DNA of 55,986 bases, taken from a virus (taxonomy: Duplodnaviria; Caudoviricetes). The DNA lies in IMG/VR virus record IMGVR_UViG_3300025127_005641, positions 1-55,986 of that record. One strand, 5' to 3'. The translations under genes and the position numbers were made by a program. Of the stretch, positions 44,716 to 54,343 are shown one piece after another. The notes under the pieces were generated by a model that ran no database searches, was not told the origin of the DNA, and was given only the letters and a program-made list of their open reading frames with translations. The stretch's first letter is position 1; the number at the start of each line of letters is the position of its first letter.

Positions 44716-45093
44716 ATGGTAGAACTAATAAAAGAATTTCCCCTTAGTGACATAGGAGGTCAAATGATGGAAGAAAAGATACGTAAAGTAGCTTACACAA
44801 AACAAGAAGTAAACATCATGATTGACCGTGCTGTGAAAGTAGCAGTAGATGAAGCAAGAAGAATAGATGCTGAGTCAATGGCAAAGCATAATAGAGACGC
44901 AACCGTTATCTCTATGATTCTTGGGTTCACTGCTCTTGCATTGTTTGTAGATGGTTTACTTCGTTTACTTGGTATCATTCCACCATTCATGCAGATTGAT
45001 ATAGATGTTCTTGATAAAATTGTTGAAAGAGTAGAGAATGATGTTATAGATAAAGTAAGGCAAGTACCAATTAGAAGATTAATTAATCGATAG
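44716..45093 (+). CDS. membrane protein
   Basis: HNRDATVISMILGF...DGLLRLLGIIPPFM. Confidence 0.72.
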   Translation: MVELIKEFPLSDIGGQMMEEKIRKVAYTKQEVNIMIDRAVKVAVDEARRIDAESMAKHNRDATVISMILGFTALALFVDGLLRLLGIIPPFMQIDIDVLDKIVERVENDVIDKVRQVPIRRLINR

Positions 45094-45096
45094 TAA

Positions 45097-45465
45097 ATGA
45101 ACCCTGTATCTGAAATTATTTTTGCAACATGTTGGGTTATTTTATTAGTATATGCTGTAAGATATTCTCTCATGATGCTTAGGGTATGGAATAATGATGA
45201 AATGCCTGGTGGATATACTATAGAAAAAAGAAAAATAACTAAATTACCTCACCCAGAAATGACTGATGTTAAACCTGGTGATGAATTGATGGTGGTTAAA
45301 TTTGATGAACCCGAAAAAGAGATGGATCCTAGATTTAAACTAGATTCACCAGAACTTCATAATCTTGGAGATCCATTACATAGATCATTACAAGATAGAA
45401 TTGATGAATTGAATGATGACGAAGACGACGATGATGAAGAGGGAGGATTGATTATTCGTTCTTAG
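45097..45465 (+). CDS. DUF2973-like membrane protein
   Basis: N-terminal TM, HPEM...GDELMVVKF, acidic tail. Confidence 0.62.
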   Translation: MNPVSEIIFATCWVILLVYAVRYSLMMLRVWNNDEMPGGYTIEKRKITKLPHPEMTDVKPGDELMVVKFDEPEKEMDPRFKLDSPELHNLGDPLHRSLQDRIDELNDDEDDDDEEGGLIIRS

Positions 45466-45468
45466 TGC

Positions 45469-45497
45469 TTGACTAGATAACAAATATCTACTATAAT
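45469..45497 (+). promoter_or_regulatory. sigma70-type promoter
   Basis: TTGACT-N17-TATAAT. Confidence 0.65.
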
Positions 45498-45520
45498 GTA
45501 AGGGTAAACCAATTAAAGTA

Positions 45521-45733
45521 ATGAAACTTACTTCAAAATTCAAGAAAGACATAGGTATCCTTAAGGCTGCCGTAAACAACGAACTTTTGCTTGACATTAG
45601 AAATCCTAAATTGTATAAAAAATTAAAAAGATATTATCAAGATGAAATATCTTACAACAATGAAGATCCAGATGCTGATTATGGTCTTATAATAGAATGT
45701 ATCAGACAAGATCTTGAAGGAGTTGAAGTATAA
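45521..45733 (+). CDS. conserved hypothetical protein
   Basis: LDIRNPKLYKKLKRYY. Confidence 0.7.
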   Translation: MKLTSKFKKDIGILKAAVNNELLLDIRNPKLYKKLKRYYQDEISYNNEDPDADYGLIIECIRQDLEGVEV

Positions 45734-46134
45734 TGAAAATTTTATTTGCTGCTGCTTTGCTTTTGTCATCTGTTCCTGTAGTCGCAGATGATTATCAAGC
45801 AGGCTATTCATCTTCTAAGACTTGTTATAGATCTGAATATAGAGAAGAATATGTACCAGGTACAGAAGATAATCCTGGTTATGTAAGATCTTGGAAGGAA
45901 ACTATTGAGTTCCCTTGTGAGAGAAATAAAGCCACAATTACAACACCAACAAGAACAGTGATTGAAAGACACTATGAAGTTGATGATAATGATTGCACTG
46001 ATGGTAAAATTGCTGGTGGTATTTTAGGTGGTGGACTTGCTGCTGCTGTATCAAGAGGTGATGGCCGTTGGTGGGCAATTCCATTAGGTGTTGTTGCTGG
46101 TAGTAAAATTGGATGCGATGCTGCTGGAGGATGA
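45733..46134 (+). CDS. secreted glycine-zipper 2TM protein
   Basis: Signal peptide, CYRSEYREEYVPG, GGILGGGLAAA...WAIPLG. Confidence 0.75.
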   Translation: MKILFAAALLLSSVPVVADDYQAGYSSSKTCYRSEYREEYVPGTEDNPGYVRSWKETIEFPCERNKATITTPTRTVIERHYEVDDNDCTDGKIAGGILGGGLAAAVSRGDGRWWAIPLGVVAGSKIGCDAAGG

Positions 46135-46135
46135 T

Positions 46136-46363
46136 ATGATTGAAGTATTAGTACAGAATGAACCATACAGGTATGTAAAAATGCCTGATCTCTTGGAGAA
46201 TGGACAACCAGACTATCGCATTCAAAAGTGGAACAACCACAATGGATACAAAGACATGTATCTCTGTGATAATTATATGCAGTTTAAAACTGCCATTGAT
46301 GATTTTGAATACACAAAATGGTTAGATCCTGCAGGTGTTCCATGTTATGTGAAAGATGACTAA
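46136..46363 (+). CDS. hypothetical protein
   Basis: GGAGG SD; YRIQKW...[10 protein letters not shown]. Confidence 0.68.
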   Translation: MIEVLVQNEPYRYVKMPDLLENGQPDYRIQKWNNHNGYKDMYLCDNYMQFKTAIDDFEYTKWLDPAGVPCYVKDD

Positions 46364-46715
46364 AGAAGAAAGACCATGGGGATCCTATGAAGTTATAAAC
46401 GAAGGGTCAAGATATAAAGTAAAATGTATAGAGGTTGCTGCTGGATCGAGTTTGTCTCTTCAAAGACATACTCATCGAGCAGAACATTGGGTTGTTGTTG
46501 AAGGTACGGCACTTGTACATATTGATGGTAAAAAATCATTGGTTCTTGAAAACCAAAGTACATTTATTCCTGTTGGTATTAAACATAGATTAGAAAATCC
46601 TGGTAAAATACCTTTAAAAATAATTGAAGTACAGAGTGGTGCTTATTTAGAAGAAGATGATATAGAAAGATTTGATGATGATTATGGTAGAATTGACAAT
46701 AAAAATATAATTTAG
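46356..46715 (+). CDS. mannose-6-phosphate isomerase type II cupin (stand-alone ManC C-terminal domain)
   Basis: [42 protein letters not shown]. Confidence 0.88.
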   Translation: MTKEERPWGSYEVINEGSRYKVKCIEVAAGSSLSLQRHTHRAEHWVVVEGTALVHIDGKKSLVLENQSTFIPVGIKHRLENPGKIPLKIIEVQSGAYLEEDDIERFDDDYGRIDNKNII

Positions 46716-46721
46716 TATAAT
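46693..46721 (+). promoter_or_regulatory. sigma70-type promoter heading the sugar cluster
   Basis: TTGACA-N17-TATAAT perfect consensus. Confidence 0.75.
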
Positions 46722-46745
46722 ATATACTATGAGAATTATTAAGTT

Positions 46746-47795
46746 ATGAGTGAGTATAAAAAAACGGCATTGGTATTAGGTGCTGGTGGTTTTATTGGTA
46801 GTCATATGGTTAAAAGACTGCGTAAAGAAGGTTATTGGGTGCGTGGTGTTGATCTTAAGTTTCCAGAATTTTCAGATACTGAAGCAAATGAATTTATTCA
46901 AGGAGATCTGCGTGACCCTGATTTTGTAAAAAAGGTATTACAATTTAAAGGATATCTAGGTAACTTTTATAATTCAATACCTTACAAAATGATAGGATCA
47001 TTTGATGAGATCTATCAGTTTGCTGCTGATATGGGTGGTGCAGGTTTTGTATTCACTGGTGAGAATGATGCTGAGATCATGCAGAATTCAGTCACTATCA
47101 ATCTAAATGTGTTAGAAAAACAGAGAGAACATAATTATGATTATGAAGTAAATAAGACTAAGATATTTTATTCTGGATCAGCATGTATGTATCCAGAGTA
47201 TAATCAACTTGACCCTGACAATCCAGATTGTCGTGAAGAGTCAGCATATCCAGCAGCACCAGATTCAGAATATGGATGGGAGAAACTTTTTTCAGAGAGA
47301 TTGTACTTGGCTTACAATCGTAACCATGGCATTCCTGTTAGGATTGCCCGTTATCATAATATCTTTGGCCCCGAAGGAACTTGGGACGGTGGAAGAGAAA
47401 AAGCACCTGCTGCAATCTGCCGTAAAGTCGCTCTCGCAGAGGAGGAAGGTGGATCCATCGATGTGTGGGGAGATGGCTTACAAACTCGTTCCTTCTTGTA
47501 CATTGATGAATGCATTGAAGCAACTAGAAGACTAATGGATTCTGATTTTTTAGGGCCTGTTAATATAGGTTCTGAAGAAATGGTTACTATTAATCAGTTA
47601 GTAGATACTGCTGCCAAGGTTGCTCATAAGACTATTAAAAAAAATCATATAGATGGGCCTCTTGGTGTTCGTGGTCGTAATTCTAATAATGATCTTGTAA
47701 GAGAAAAGTTAGGATGGGATTATTCACAATCACTTGAAGAAGGTATTCATAAAACTTATGTATGGATTAGTGAGCAAATAAATGCTGGCATTTAA
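46746..47795 (+). CDS. NAD-dependent epimerase, GDP-mannose 3,5-epimerase-like
   Basis: GAGGFIG, AADMGGAGF, SACMYP, YGWEK, GREKAPAAICRK, GVRGRNS. Confidence 0.88.
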   Translation: MSEYKKTALVLGAGGFIGSHMVKRLRKEGYWVRGVDLKFPEFSDTEANEFIQGDLRDPDFVKKVLQFKGYLGNFYNSIPYKMIGSFDEIYQFAADMGGAGFVFTGENDAEIMQNSVTINLNVLEKQREHNYDYEVNKTKIFYSGSACMYPEYNQLDPDNPDCREESAYPAAPDSEYGWEKLFSERLYLAYNRNHGIPVRIARYHNIFGPEGTWDGGREKAPAAICRKVALAEEEGGSIDVWGDGLQTRSFLYIDECIEATRRLMDSDFLGPVNIGSEEMVTINQLVDTAAKVAHKTIKKNHIDGPLGVRGRNSNNDLVREKLGWDYSQSLEEGIHKTYVWISEQINAGI

Positions 47796-48573
47796 TCATA
47801 TTGGTAGATTGGGTCAACTAGGTAATCAAATGTTTCAATATGCCTCCTTAAAAGGTATTGCAAAACATCGTGGATTTGATTATGTTATTCCTAAACATGG
47901 AGTAGAGGTTGATTCTTTAGGAAATCATCTTAGGACAGAATTATTTGATCCATTTGATCTGGATGTAACTGTAGGTACATTAGATGTGGAGTATATACAG
48001 GAACCTCATTTTGAATTTAGTGAAAATTTATTTAATACTTGTCCTGATAATGTATCTTTGTATGGATTTTTTCAAACAGAAAAATATTTTAAACATATTC
48101 GTGATGAAATAATAAAAGATTTTTCTTTTAAAAATGAAATTGTAAATGAATGTCAAGATATCTTGGATGTATTTGAAAATCCTATTGCACTACATCTTCG
48201 TCGAGGAGATTTTTTAATAAATTATAAAAACCATCATAATCAAACACTTCAATATTATTCAAAAGCACTTAAATACTTTCCTAAAGATCAACAGGTAATA
48301 ATTTTTTCTGACGATTCAACGTGGTGTAAAGAACAGAAATTATTTTCTGATGATAGATTTTTAATTTCTGAGGGTAATAGTCCATATCATGATTTATATT
48401 TGATGTCTAGATGTAAAGATTTTATTATTGCCAACTCATCATTCTCTTGGTGGGGTGCATGGTTATCTAATTATAATAAAGTTATTGCACCTTCCACATG
48501 GTTTGGCCCCAATAATAAAGATAAAAATACCAATGATATTTATTGTTCTGATTGGATTAAATTAGGAGATTAG
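47782..48573 (+). CDS. alpha-1,2-fucosyltransferase family (GT11)
   Basis: GQLGNQMFQYA, HLRRGDF, IIANSSFSWWGAWL. Confidence 0.9.
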   Translation: MLAFNHIGRLGQLGNQMFQYASLKGIAKHRGFDYVIPKHGVEVDSLGNHLRTELFDPFDLDVTVGTLDVEYIQEPHFEFSENLFNTCPDNVSLYGFFQTEKYFKHIRDEIIKDFSFKNEIVNECQDILDVFENPIALHLRRGDFLINYKNHHNQTLQYYSKALKYFPKDQQVIIFSDDSTWCKEQKLFSDDRFLISEGNSPYHDLYLMSRCKDFIIANSSFSWWGAWLSNYNKVIAPSTWFGPNNKDKNTNDIYCSDWIKLGD

Positions 48574-48574
48574 T

Positions 48575-49363
48575 ATGAACATAGGAATTATCGGTTTAGG
48601 AGTGGTTGGCACTGCTATTAAATTTGGATTTGAAAGATTAGGCCATGATATCTTTTATCATGATGTAGTAAAAGATACATCAATTACTGATGTTTTGAAT
48701 ACTAGAGTATGTTATATTTGTGTGCCAACTCCAGAGAGTGAAGATGGTAGTTGTGATACAAGTATTGTAGAGAGTGTTCTTGATGAATTGATAGAATATA
48801 ACTATAAAGGAATTGCTTGTATTAAATCAACTGTTGTGCCAGGCACGACAGAGAGATTGCAAAAAAAATTTAAATCACTAGCTTTTGTTCCAGAATTTTT
48901 AAGAGAAAGATGTGCTATTACAGATTTCATGGAGAACCATGAAGTTTGCATAATTGGAACTGATGATAATCATGTATTTGAATTAATTAAAGAAAGTCAT
49001 GGAGATTATCCTAAACAATTTTCACAATGCAGTCCAACTGAGGCAGAGTTTGCAAAATATTTTCATAACGTGTATAATGCTAATCAGATCACTTTAGCAA
49101 ATAGTTTTTATGAAATTTGTGATAGTATGGGTATTGATTATAATAAAATGAAAAATACTTTAAAAGGTAGAAGTAATATTAACTTCCAATACTTAGAATG
49201 TAATAAAAATTTTAGAGGATTTGGTGGAGTATGTCTTCCAAAAGATACTAAAGCAATGGATCATTTATCAAAGAAATTAAATCTTAATGTTCAATTTTTT
49301 GATCATATTCTTACAGAAAATGAAAAATATAGTACAACTGTCCCTAATGGTATGAGATTATGA
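48575..49363 (+). CDS. UDP-glucose/GDP-mannose dehydrogenase family, short form
   Basis: GLGVVG, ICVPTP, KSTVVPGT, PEFLRE, GFGGVCLPKD. Confidence 0.85.
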   Translation: MNIGIIGLGVVGTAIKFGFERLGHDIFYHDVVKDTSITDVLNTRVCYICVPTPESEDGSCDTSIVESVLDELIEYNYKGIACIKSTVVPGTTERLQKKFKSLAFVPEFLRERCAITDFMENHEVCIIGTDDNHVFELIKESHGDYPKQFSQCSPTEAEFAKYFHNVYNANQITLANSFYEICDSMGIDYNKMKNTLKGRSNINFQYLECNKNFRGFGGVCLPKDTKAMDHLSKKLNLNVQFFDHILTENEKYSTTVPNGMRL

Positions 49364-50298
49364 AAAAAGTATTAGTAACTGGTGGGTGTGGATTTATAGG
49401 ACATCATCTTGTTAAAAAATTATTGAAAACAGGTTATGAAGTTTCTGTTTTTGATAATCAACAAAGAGGGAGTATTGAAAATTTAAAAGACGTTGAAAAG
49501 GATATCAAATACTATGAAGGTGATATTACTAGAATTACTGATTTGAATAAAGCAGTAAATGGTGTGGATAGTATTATTCATCTAGCATTTATAAATGGAA
49601 CAAAAAACTTTTATTCTATGCCAAGTAAGGTAATTGATATTGGAATATGTGGATTATTGAATGTTTATAACTGTGCTAAGTGGTATGATGTTAAAGAGTT
49701 ATTAATAGCATCTTCATCAGAAACATACCAAAAACCTTCAATTATTCCTACACCAGAGAATGTTCCTTTAATTATTCCTGACGTTACTAATCCAAGATAT
49801 TCATATGGAGGGACAAAGATTTTATATGAATTAATGGCTCAACATTATCATCGAGAAGATTTTGATAGAGTAATAACTTTTAGACCACATAACATCTACG
49901 GCACAAATATGGGAAAAGATCATGTTATACCAGAGTTGATAGATAAGATAAAAAATTGTAATCATATACTTCCATGGAAAAGAAAACCAGTTACTCTTTT
50001 AGGTGATGGAACACAAACAAGAGCATTTTGTCATATTGATGATTTTTGTGATGGTATTAATATACTTTTAGACCATGGTAAAGATGGTAATATATATCAT
50101 ATAGGAAATGAAGAAGAAATCACCATCGGTGATTTGTGTAAAAAACTTTTTAATAAAATGGGGTGTGATTTGGAGATTGAATATTCTGAAGCACCTAAAG
50201 GAGAAACTAATCGTCGATGCCCTGATATTTCAAAATTAAAAAAATTAGGTTATTCTCCTAAAATAAACCTTGATATTGGATTAAAAACTATCTTATGA
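49360..50298 (+). CDS. NAD-dependent epimerase/dehydratase
   Basis: TGGCGFIG, ASSSE, YGGTK (YxxxK). Confidence 0.88.
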   Translation: MKKVLVTGGCGFIGHHLVKKLLKTGYEVSVFDNQQRGSIENLKDVEKDIKYYEGDITRITDLNKAVNGVDSIIHLAFINGTKNFYSMPSKVIDIGICGLLNVYNCAKWYDVKELLIASSSETYQKPSIIPTPENVPLIIPDVTNPRYSYGGTKILYELMAQHYHREDFDRVITFRPHNIYGTNMGKDHVIPELIDKIKNCNHILPWKRKPVTLLGDGTQTRAFCHIDDFCDGINILLDHGKDGNIYHIGNEEEITIGDLCKKLFNKMGCDLEIEYSEAPKGETNRRCPDISKLKKLGYSPKINLDIGLKTIL

Positions 50299-51224
50299 AC
50301 AAACATTCTAAAATTTTTATAGCAGGACACAATGGATTAGTTGGTTCTGCAATTTTTCGTAACCTAAAAGAAAAAGGTTTTACTAATATAATAACTCAAA
50401 CAAGAAATGAATTAGACCTTACAGATTTAAATGCTGTAAAATGTTATTTTATGAATGAACAACCTGAGTATATTTTTCTAGCAGCAGCAAAGGTTGGTGG
50501 TATTGGTGCAAATTCAGATTCACCTGCTGATTTCATATATCAAAATTTAATGATTCAGTCAAATGTTATTCATTCTGCATACATTTCAGGTGTTAAAAAA
50601 TTATTATTTTTAGGTTCATCATGCATCTATCCTAAGTTTACTGAACAACCAATTACTGAAAACCAATTATTATCTGGATATTTAGAATCAAGTAATGATG
50701 CATATGCTATTGCTAAAATTGCTGGTATTAAAATGTGTCAGGCATATCGTAAGCAATATGGATTTAATGCTATATCATTGATGCCTTGTAATTTATATGG
50801 CCCTAATGATAATTTTGATATTAATAGTGGACATGTTCTTTCATCATTGATTGCTAAGTTTCATGGTTCATTAGAAAAGAGTAAGTATTGGGTTGTTAAG
50901 TTATGGGGTGATGGTTCTCCAATGAGAGAGTTTTTACATGTTGATGATTTGGCAGAAGCATGTCATACTTGTATGGAAAAATATGATAATGGTGAAATTA
51001 TTAATGTTGGCACGGGTGAGGATGTGACTATTAAAGAACTTGCAGAAACTATTGTAGATGTAGTTGGTTATGAGAATGATTATGAGTGGGATATATCAAA
51101 ACCAAACGGTACTCCACGTAAGGTTCTTAATGTTGATAAAATTAAATCATTAGATTGGCAACCTAATATTACGCTCAAAAAAGGTATTGAATCTACTTAT
51201 GAGTGGTACAAAAATTCATTATGA
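50295..51224 (+). CDS. fcl: GDP-L-fucose synthase
   Basis: GHNGLVGSA, LAAAKVGGI, LGSSCIYP, YAIAK, WGDGSPMREFLHVDD. Confidence 0.93.
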   Translation: MNKHSKIFIAGHNGLVGSAIFRNLKEKGFTNIITQTRNELDLTDLNAVKCYFMNEQPEYIFLAAAKVGGIGANSDSPADFIYQNLMIQSNVIHSAYISGVKKLLFLGSSCIYPKFTEQPITENQLLSGYLESSNDAYAIAKIAGIKMCQAYRKQYGFNAISLMPCNLYGPNDNFDINSGHVLSSLIAKFHGSLEKSKYWVVKLWGDGSPMREFLHVDDLAEACHTCMEKYDNGEIINVGTGEDVTIKELAETIVDVVGYENDYEWDISKPNGTPRKVLNVDKIKSLDWQPNITLKKGIESTYEWYKNSL

Positions 51225-51988
51225 ACCTATATGTTTATTTACAAGGAGGATTGGGAAACCAGATGTTCCAGTATGCAGCTGGAGTGTCTGCCTTAAAGGA
51301 ATATTCTCAATTCACTAATTTAAAACTTGACACTTCTTTTTATCATGAACAAAAAGTAAAGGTTGTCAAAGATGGACATACTGGTAGAAGTTATGATTTA
51401 GATGTTTTTAATATATCTTATTCTGATGTTGAAGAAACACCTGAAGGAGCAACAATGCTTGAAGGATGGTTTCAAAATATTAAAGAGTTTAAAAATGTTA
51501 GTGATAAAATTAGAAAAGAATTTACATTCAATGTAAATTTTTCAGAAGAAACAAAAAGAATTGAAAATAAAATATCTTTAGAAGATAATCCGATTGCAAT
51601 TCATGTTAGAAGAGGTGATTATATTTACAATCCAAATTGTTTTTCTTATCATGGTGTTTTAGATAAAGAATATTATGATAAAGCAATTAGTATTATGAAT
51701 TCAAAATATAGTAATCCTCATTATTTTGTTTTTTCAGAAGATGTTGATTGGTGTAAAGATAACATTAATGCTTCTAACATTACTATTGTTGGGGATGAAT
51801 GTAATGACTATAAAGATACTGGACATTTTTATCTAATGACTAAATGTAAAAGTCATATTATTGCTAACTCAACATTCTCTTGGTGGGGTGCTTGGTTGGG
51901 TAATACTGAATTGGCAATTGGACCTAAGCAATGGAAGACAGATGGAACAGGATATGATATAATGTTGGATGATTGGGTTAAAATATAG
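51221..51988 (+). CDS. alpha-1,2-fucosyltransferase family (GT11), second copy
   Basis: GGLGNQMFQYA, HVRRGDY, IANSTFSWWGAWL. Confidence 0.9.
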   Translation: MNLYVYLQGGLGNQMFQYAAGVSALKEYSQFTNLKLDTSFYHEQKVKVVKDGHTGRSYDLDVFNISYSDVEETPEGATMLEGWFQNIKEFKNVSDKIRKEFTFNVNFSEETKRIENKISLEDNPIAIHVRRGDYIYNPNCFSYHGVLDKEYYDKAISIMNSKYSNPHYFVFSEDVDWCKDNINASNITIVGDECNDYKDTGHFYLMTKCKSHIIANSTFSWWGAWLGNTELAIGPKQWKTDGTGYDIMLDDWVKI

Positions 51989-51994
51989 AATTAT

Positions 51995-52870
51995 ATGTAT
52001 AAAGGTATTATACTTGCAGGTGGTAGAGGTACAAGATTGTATCCGACAACTTCTGTTGTCTCAAAACAATTATTGAATGTATATGATAAACCTTTAATCT
52101 ATTATCCACTTAGCACACTGATGCTTGCAGGTATTAGAGAGATATTAATTATTAGTGCAGAAGATCAATATCCACAGTATGAAAGATTGTTTGGTGATGG
52201 TTCACATCTTGGTATTTCAATACAATATAAGATACAACCAAAACCAAATGGATTACCAGAAGCATTTATATTAGGAGAAGAATTTATAGGTGATGATAAT
52301 GTTTGCATGATACTTGGAGATAATATAATATTTGGAAATGAATTAGATACAATATTAAAGAAATCTCAAACAGGAACAGGTGGTACAGTCTTGACATATC
52401 CTGTAAAGGATGCAGAAAGATTTGGTGTTGTAGAGTTTGAGGGTTTTGATAGAGGTAGAGTGATATCTATTGAGGAAAAACCAACGTATCCTAAATCAAA
52501 TTGTGCTTTGGTTGGCATATACTTTTTTGATAATCGTTGTATAGAATATGCAAAACAACTTACACCGTCAAAGAGAAAAGAAATTGAAATCGTAGACCTA
52601 TGTAAGAAATATCTTGATAAAGGTGAACTTACTGTTAATAATTTAACAAGAACCATGACTTGGATAGATGCAGGTACATTCAAGTCATTATTATTAGCAT
52701 CTAATTTAATTTTTAATTTAGAAGAGATACAATCATATAAGATATCGTGTCCTGAAGAGGTTGCTTTTAAAAATAATTGGATAGATAAAAAACAATTATC
52801 TAAGCTTGCTGATAATTTTCCAAAAGGTGAGTATCAGGATTATATTAACTTATTAATTTCATACGAATGA
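51995..52870 (+). CDS. rfbA: glucose-1-phosphate thymidylyltransferase
   Basis: GIILAGGRGTRLYP, SKQLL, YDKPLIYYP, LGDN, WIDAGT. Confidence 0.93.
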   Translation: MYKGIILAGGRGTRLYPTTSVVSKQLLNVYDKPLIYYPLSTLMLAGIREILIISAEDQYPQYERLFGDGSHLGISIQYKIQPKPNGLPEAFILGEEFIGDDNVCMILGDNIIFGNELDTILKKSQTGTGGTVLTYPVKDAERFGVVEFEGFDRGRVISIEEKPTYPKSNCALVGIYFFDNRCIEYAKQLTPSKRKEIEIVDLCKKYLDKGELTVNNLTRTMTWIDAGTFKSLLLASNLIFNLEEIQSYKISCPEEVAFKNNWIDKKQLSKLADNFPKGEYQDYINLLISYE

Positions 52871-53799
52871 CAAGATTTATTACTGGTGGTGCAGGATTTA
52901 TAGGTAGCAATTTTGCACATTATATTTCTGATATATGTAAGGATGTAGTAATATTAGATAAACTTACTTATGCTGGAGATATGGATAATCTTTATCCTTT
53001 AACATATCCTGTGAAAGGTGTAGACCTTGCATATGAAAGTAGATTAGAAGAGTTGTTCAAGCAATATAAACCAAAGACGATATTCAACTTTGCTGCAGAG
53101 ACACACGTTGATAATTCGATTGACAATGTTGCACCATTTATTGATACTAATATTATAGGTACTATTAATTTACTTAAGTTGTCTGTCAAGTATGATGTTC
53201 AGATGTTTCATCATATATCAACAGATGAAGTTTATGGTGCATTGGAATTAGATGAACCACCATTTACAGAAAACTCACCATACAATCCGCAAAATCCATA
53301 CGCAGCATCGAAAGCAGCGAGTGATCATTTTGTAATGTCATATCATAATACTTATGGTTTACCTGTGATGATTACAAACTGTTCTAATAATTACGGACCA
53401 AGACAGCATCGTGAGAAACTGATACCAAAAACTATTAATAATATATTAGAAGGAAAGAAGATACCAATATACAGTCAAGGTGAAAATATAAGAGATTGGA
53501 TATACGTTGAAGATCATTGTGCAGGAATATTAGGTATATCATATGCTGGTGATGTGGGGCAAAAATATAATATTGGTGGTGAATGTGAAATGACAAATCT
53601 GGAACTTGTTAAGATGATTATCAAGTTGATGAATGCAAGTGAAGATTTGATTGAGTTTGTAGATGATAGACCAGGACACGACTTGCGATATGCCATAGAT
53701 AATGCTAAGATATATAAAACGATTTCTTTCCAACCAGAATATAGTATTGAGGATGGATTGAAAAAAACGATTGAATGGTATGAAAAAAACAGAGACTAG
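52867..53799 (+). CDS. rfbB: dTDP-glucose 4,6-dehydratase
   Basis: GGAGFIGSNF, DKLTYAG, AAETHVD, STDEVYG, YAASK, DRPGHDLRY. Confidence 0.94.
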   Translation: MTRFITGGAGFIGSNFAHYISDICKDVVILDKLTYAGDMDNLYPLTYPVKGVDLAYESRLEELFKQYKPKTIFNFAAETHVDNSIDNVAPFIDTNIIGTINLLKLSVKYDVQMFHHISTDEVYGALELDEPPFTENSPYNPQNPYAASKAASDHFVMSYHNTYGLPVMITNCSNNYGPRQHREKLIPKTINNILEGKKIPIYSQGENIRDWIYVEDHCAGILGISYAGDVGQKYNIGGECEMTNLELVKMIIKLMNASEDLIEFVDDRPGHDLRYAIDNAKIYKTISFQPEYSIEDGLKKTIEWYEKNRD

Positions 53800-54343
53800 T
53801 ATTGACGGTGCATACGTCATACAAGTAGAAAAGTTTGGTGATGATAGAGGTTTCTTTATGGAGACTTTTAATCATAAACAATTTCAGGAAGTGGTAGGAG
53901 ATTTTACTTTTGTTCAGGACAATCATTCACTATCAACAGAGGGAGTATTAAGAGGACTACATTATCAGATCAAACATCCACAAGGAAAGTTAGTTAGATG
54001 TACAAGAGGTGAAATATTTGATGCCATTGTTGATTTAAGAGTGAACTCTCCAACATATAAGAAAAATTTTACATTTAAGTTGAATAGACCTGATTTAATG
54101 CTATGGGTTCCACCAGGTTTAGCACATGGATTTTTTACCATGTCTGAGGAAGCAGAGTTTGAATATAAGGTTACAGATTATTATTATCCACAATATGATC
54201 GCACTTTAATGTGGAATGATAAAGAGGCATCAATTATGTGGCCATTTTATGAATACTGGGGATATGTTCCACCAACTTTATCGAAAAAAGATGAGAGGGG
54301 ATTATCATTTGACGATTGCCAAAAATATGATAATTTCTTATGA
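53780..54343 (+). CDS. rfbC: dTDP-4-dehydrorhamnose 3,5-epimerase
   Basis: DDRGFFMETF, VQDNHS, LRGLHYQ, QGKLVRC, AHGF. Confidence 0.93.
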   Translation: MKKTETSIDGAYVIQVEKFGDDRGFFMETFNHKQFQEVVGDFTFVQDNHSLSTEGVLRGLHYQIKHPQGKLVRCTRGEIFDAIVDLRVNSPTYKKNFTFKLNRPDLMLWVPPGLAHGFFTMSEEAEFEYKVTDYYYPQYDRTLMWNDKEASIMWPFYEYWGYVPPTLSKKDERGLSFDDCQKYDNFL

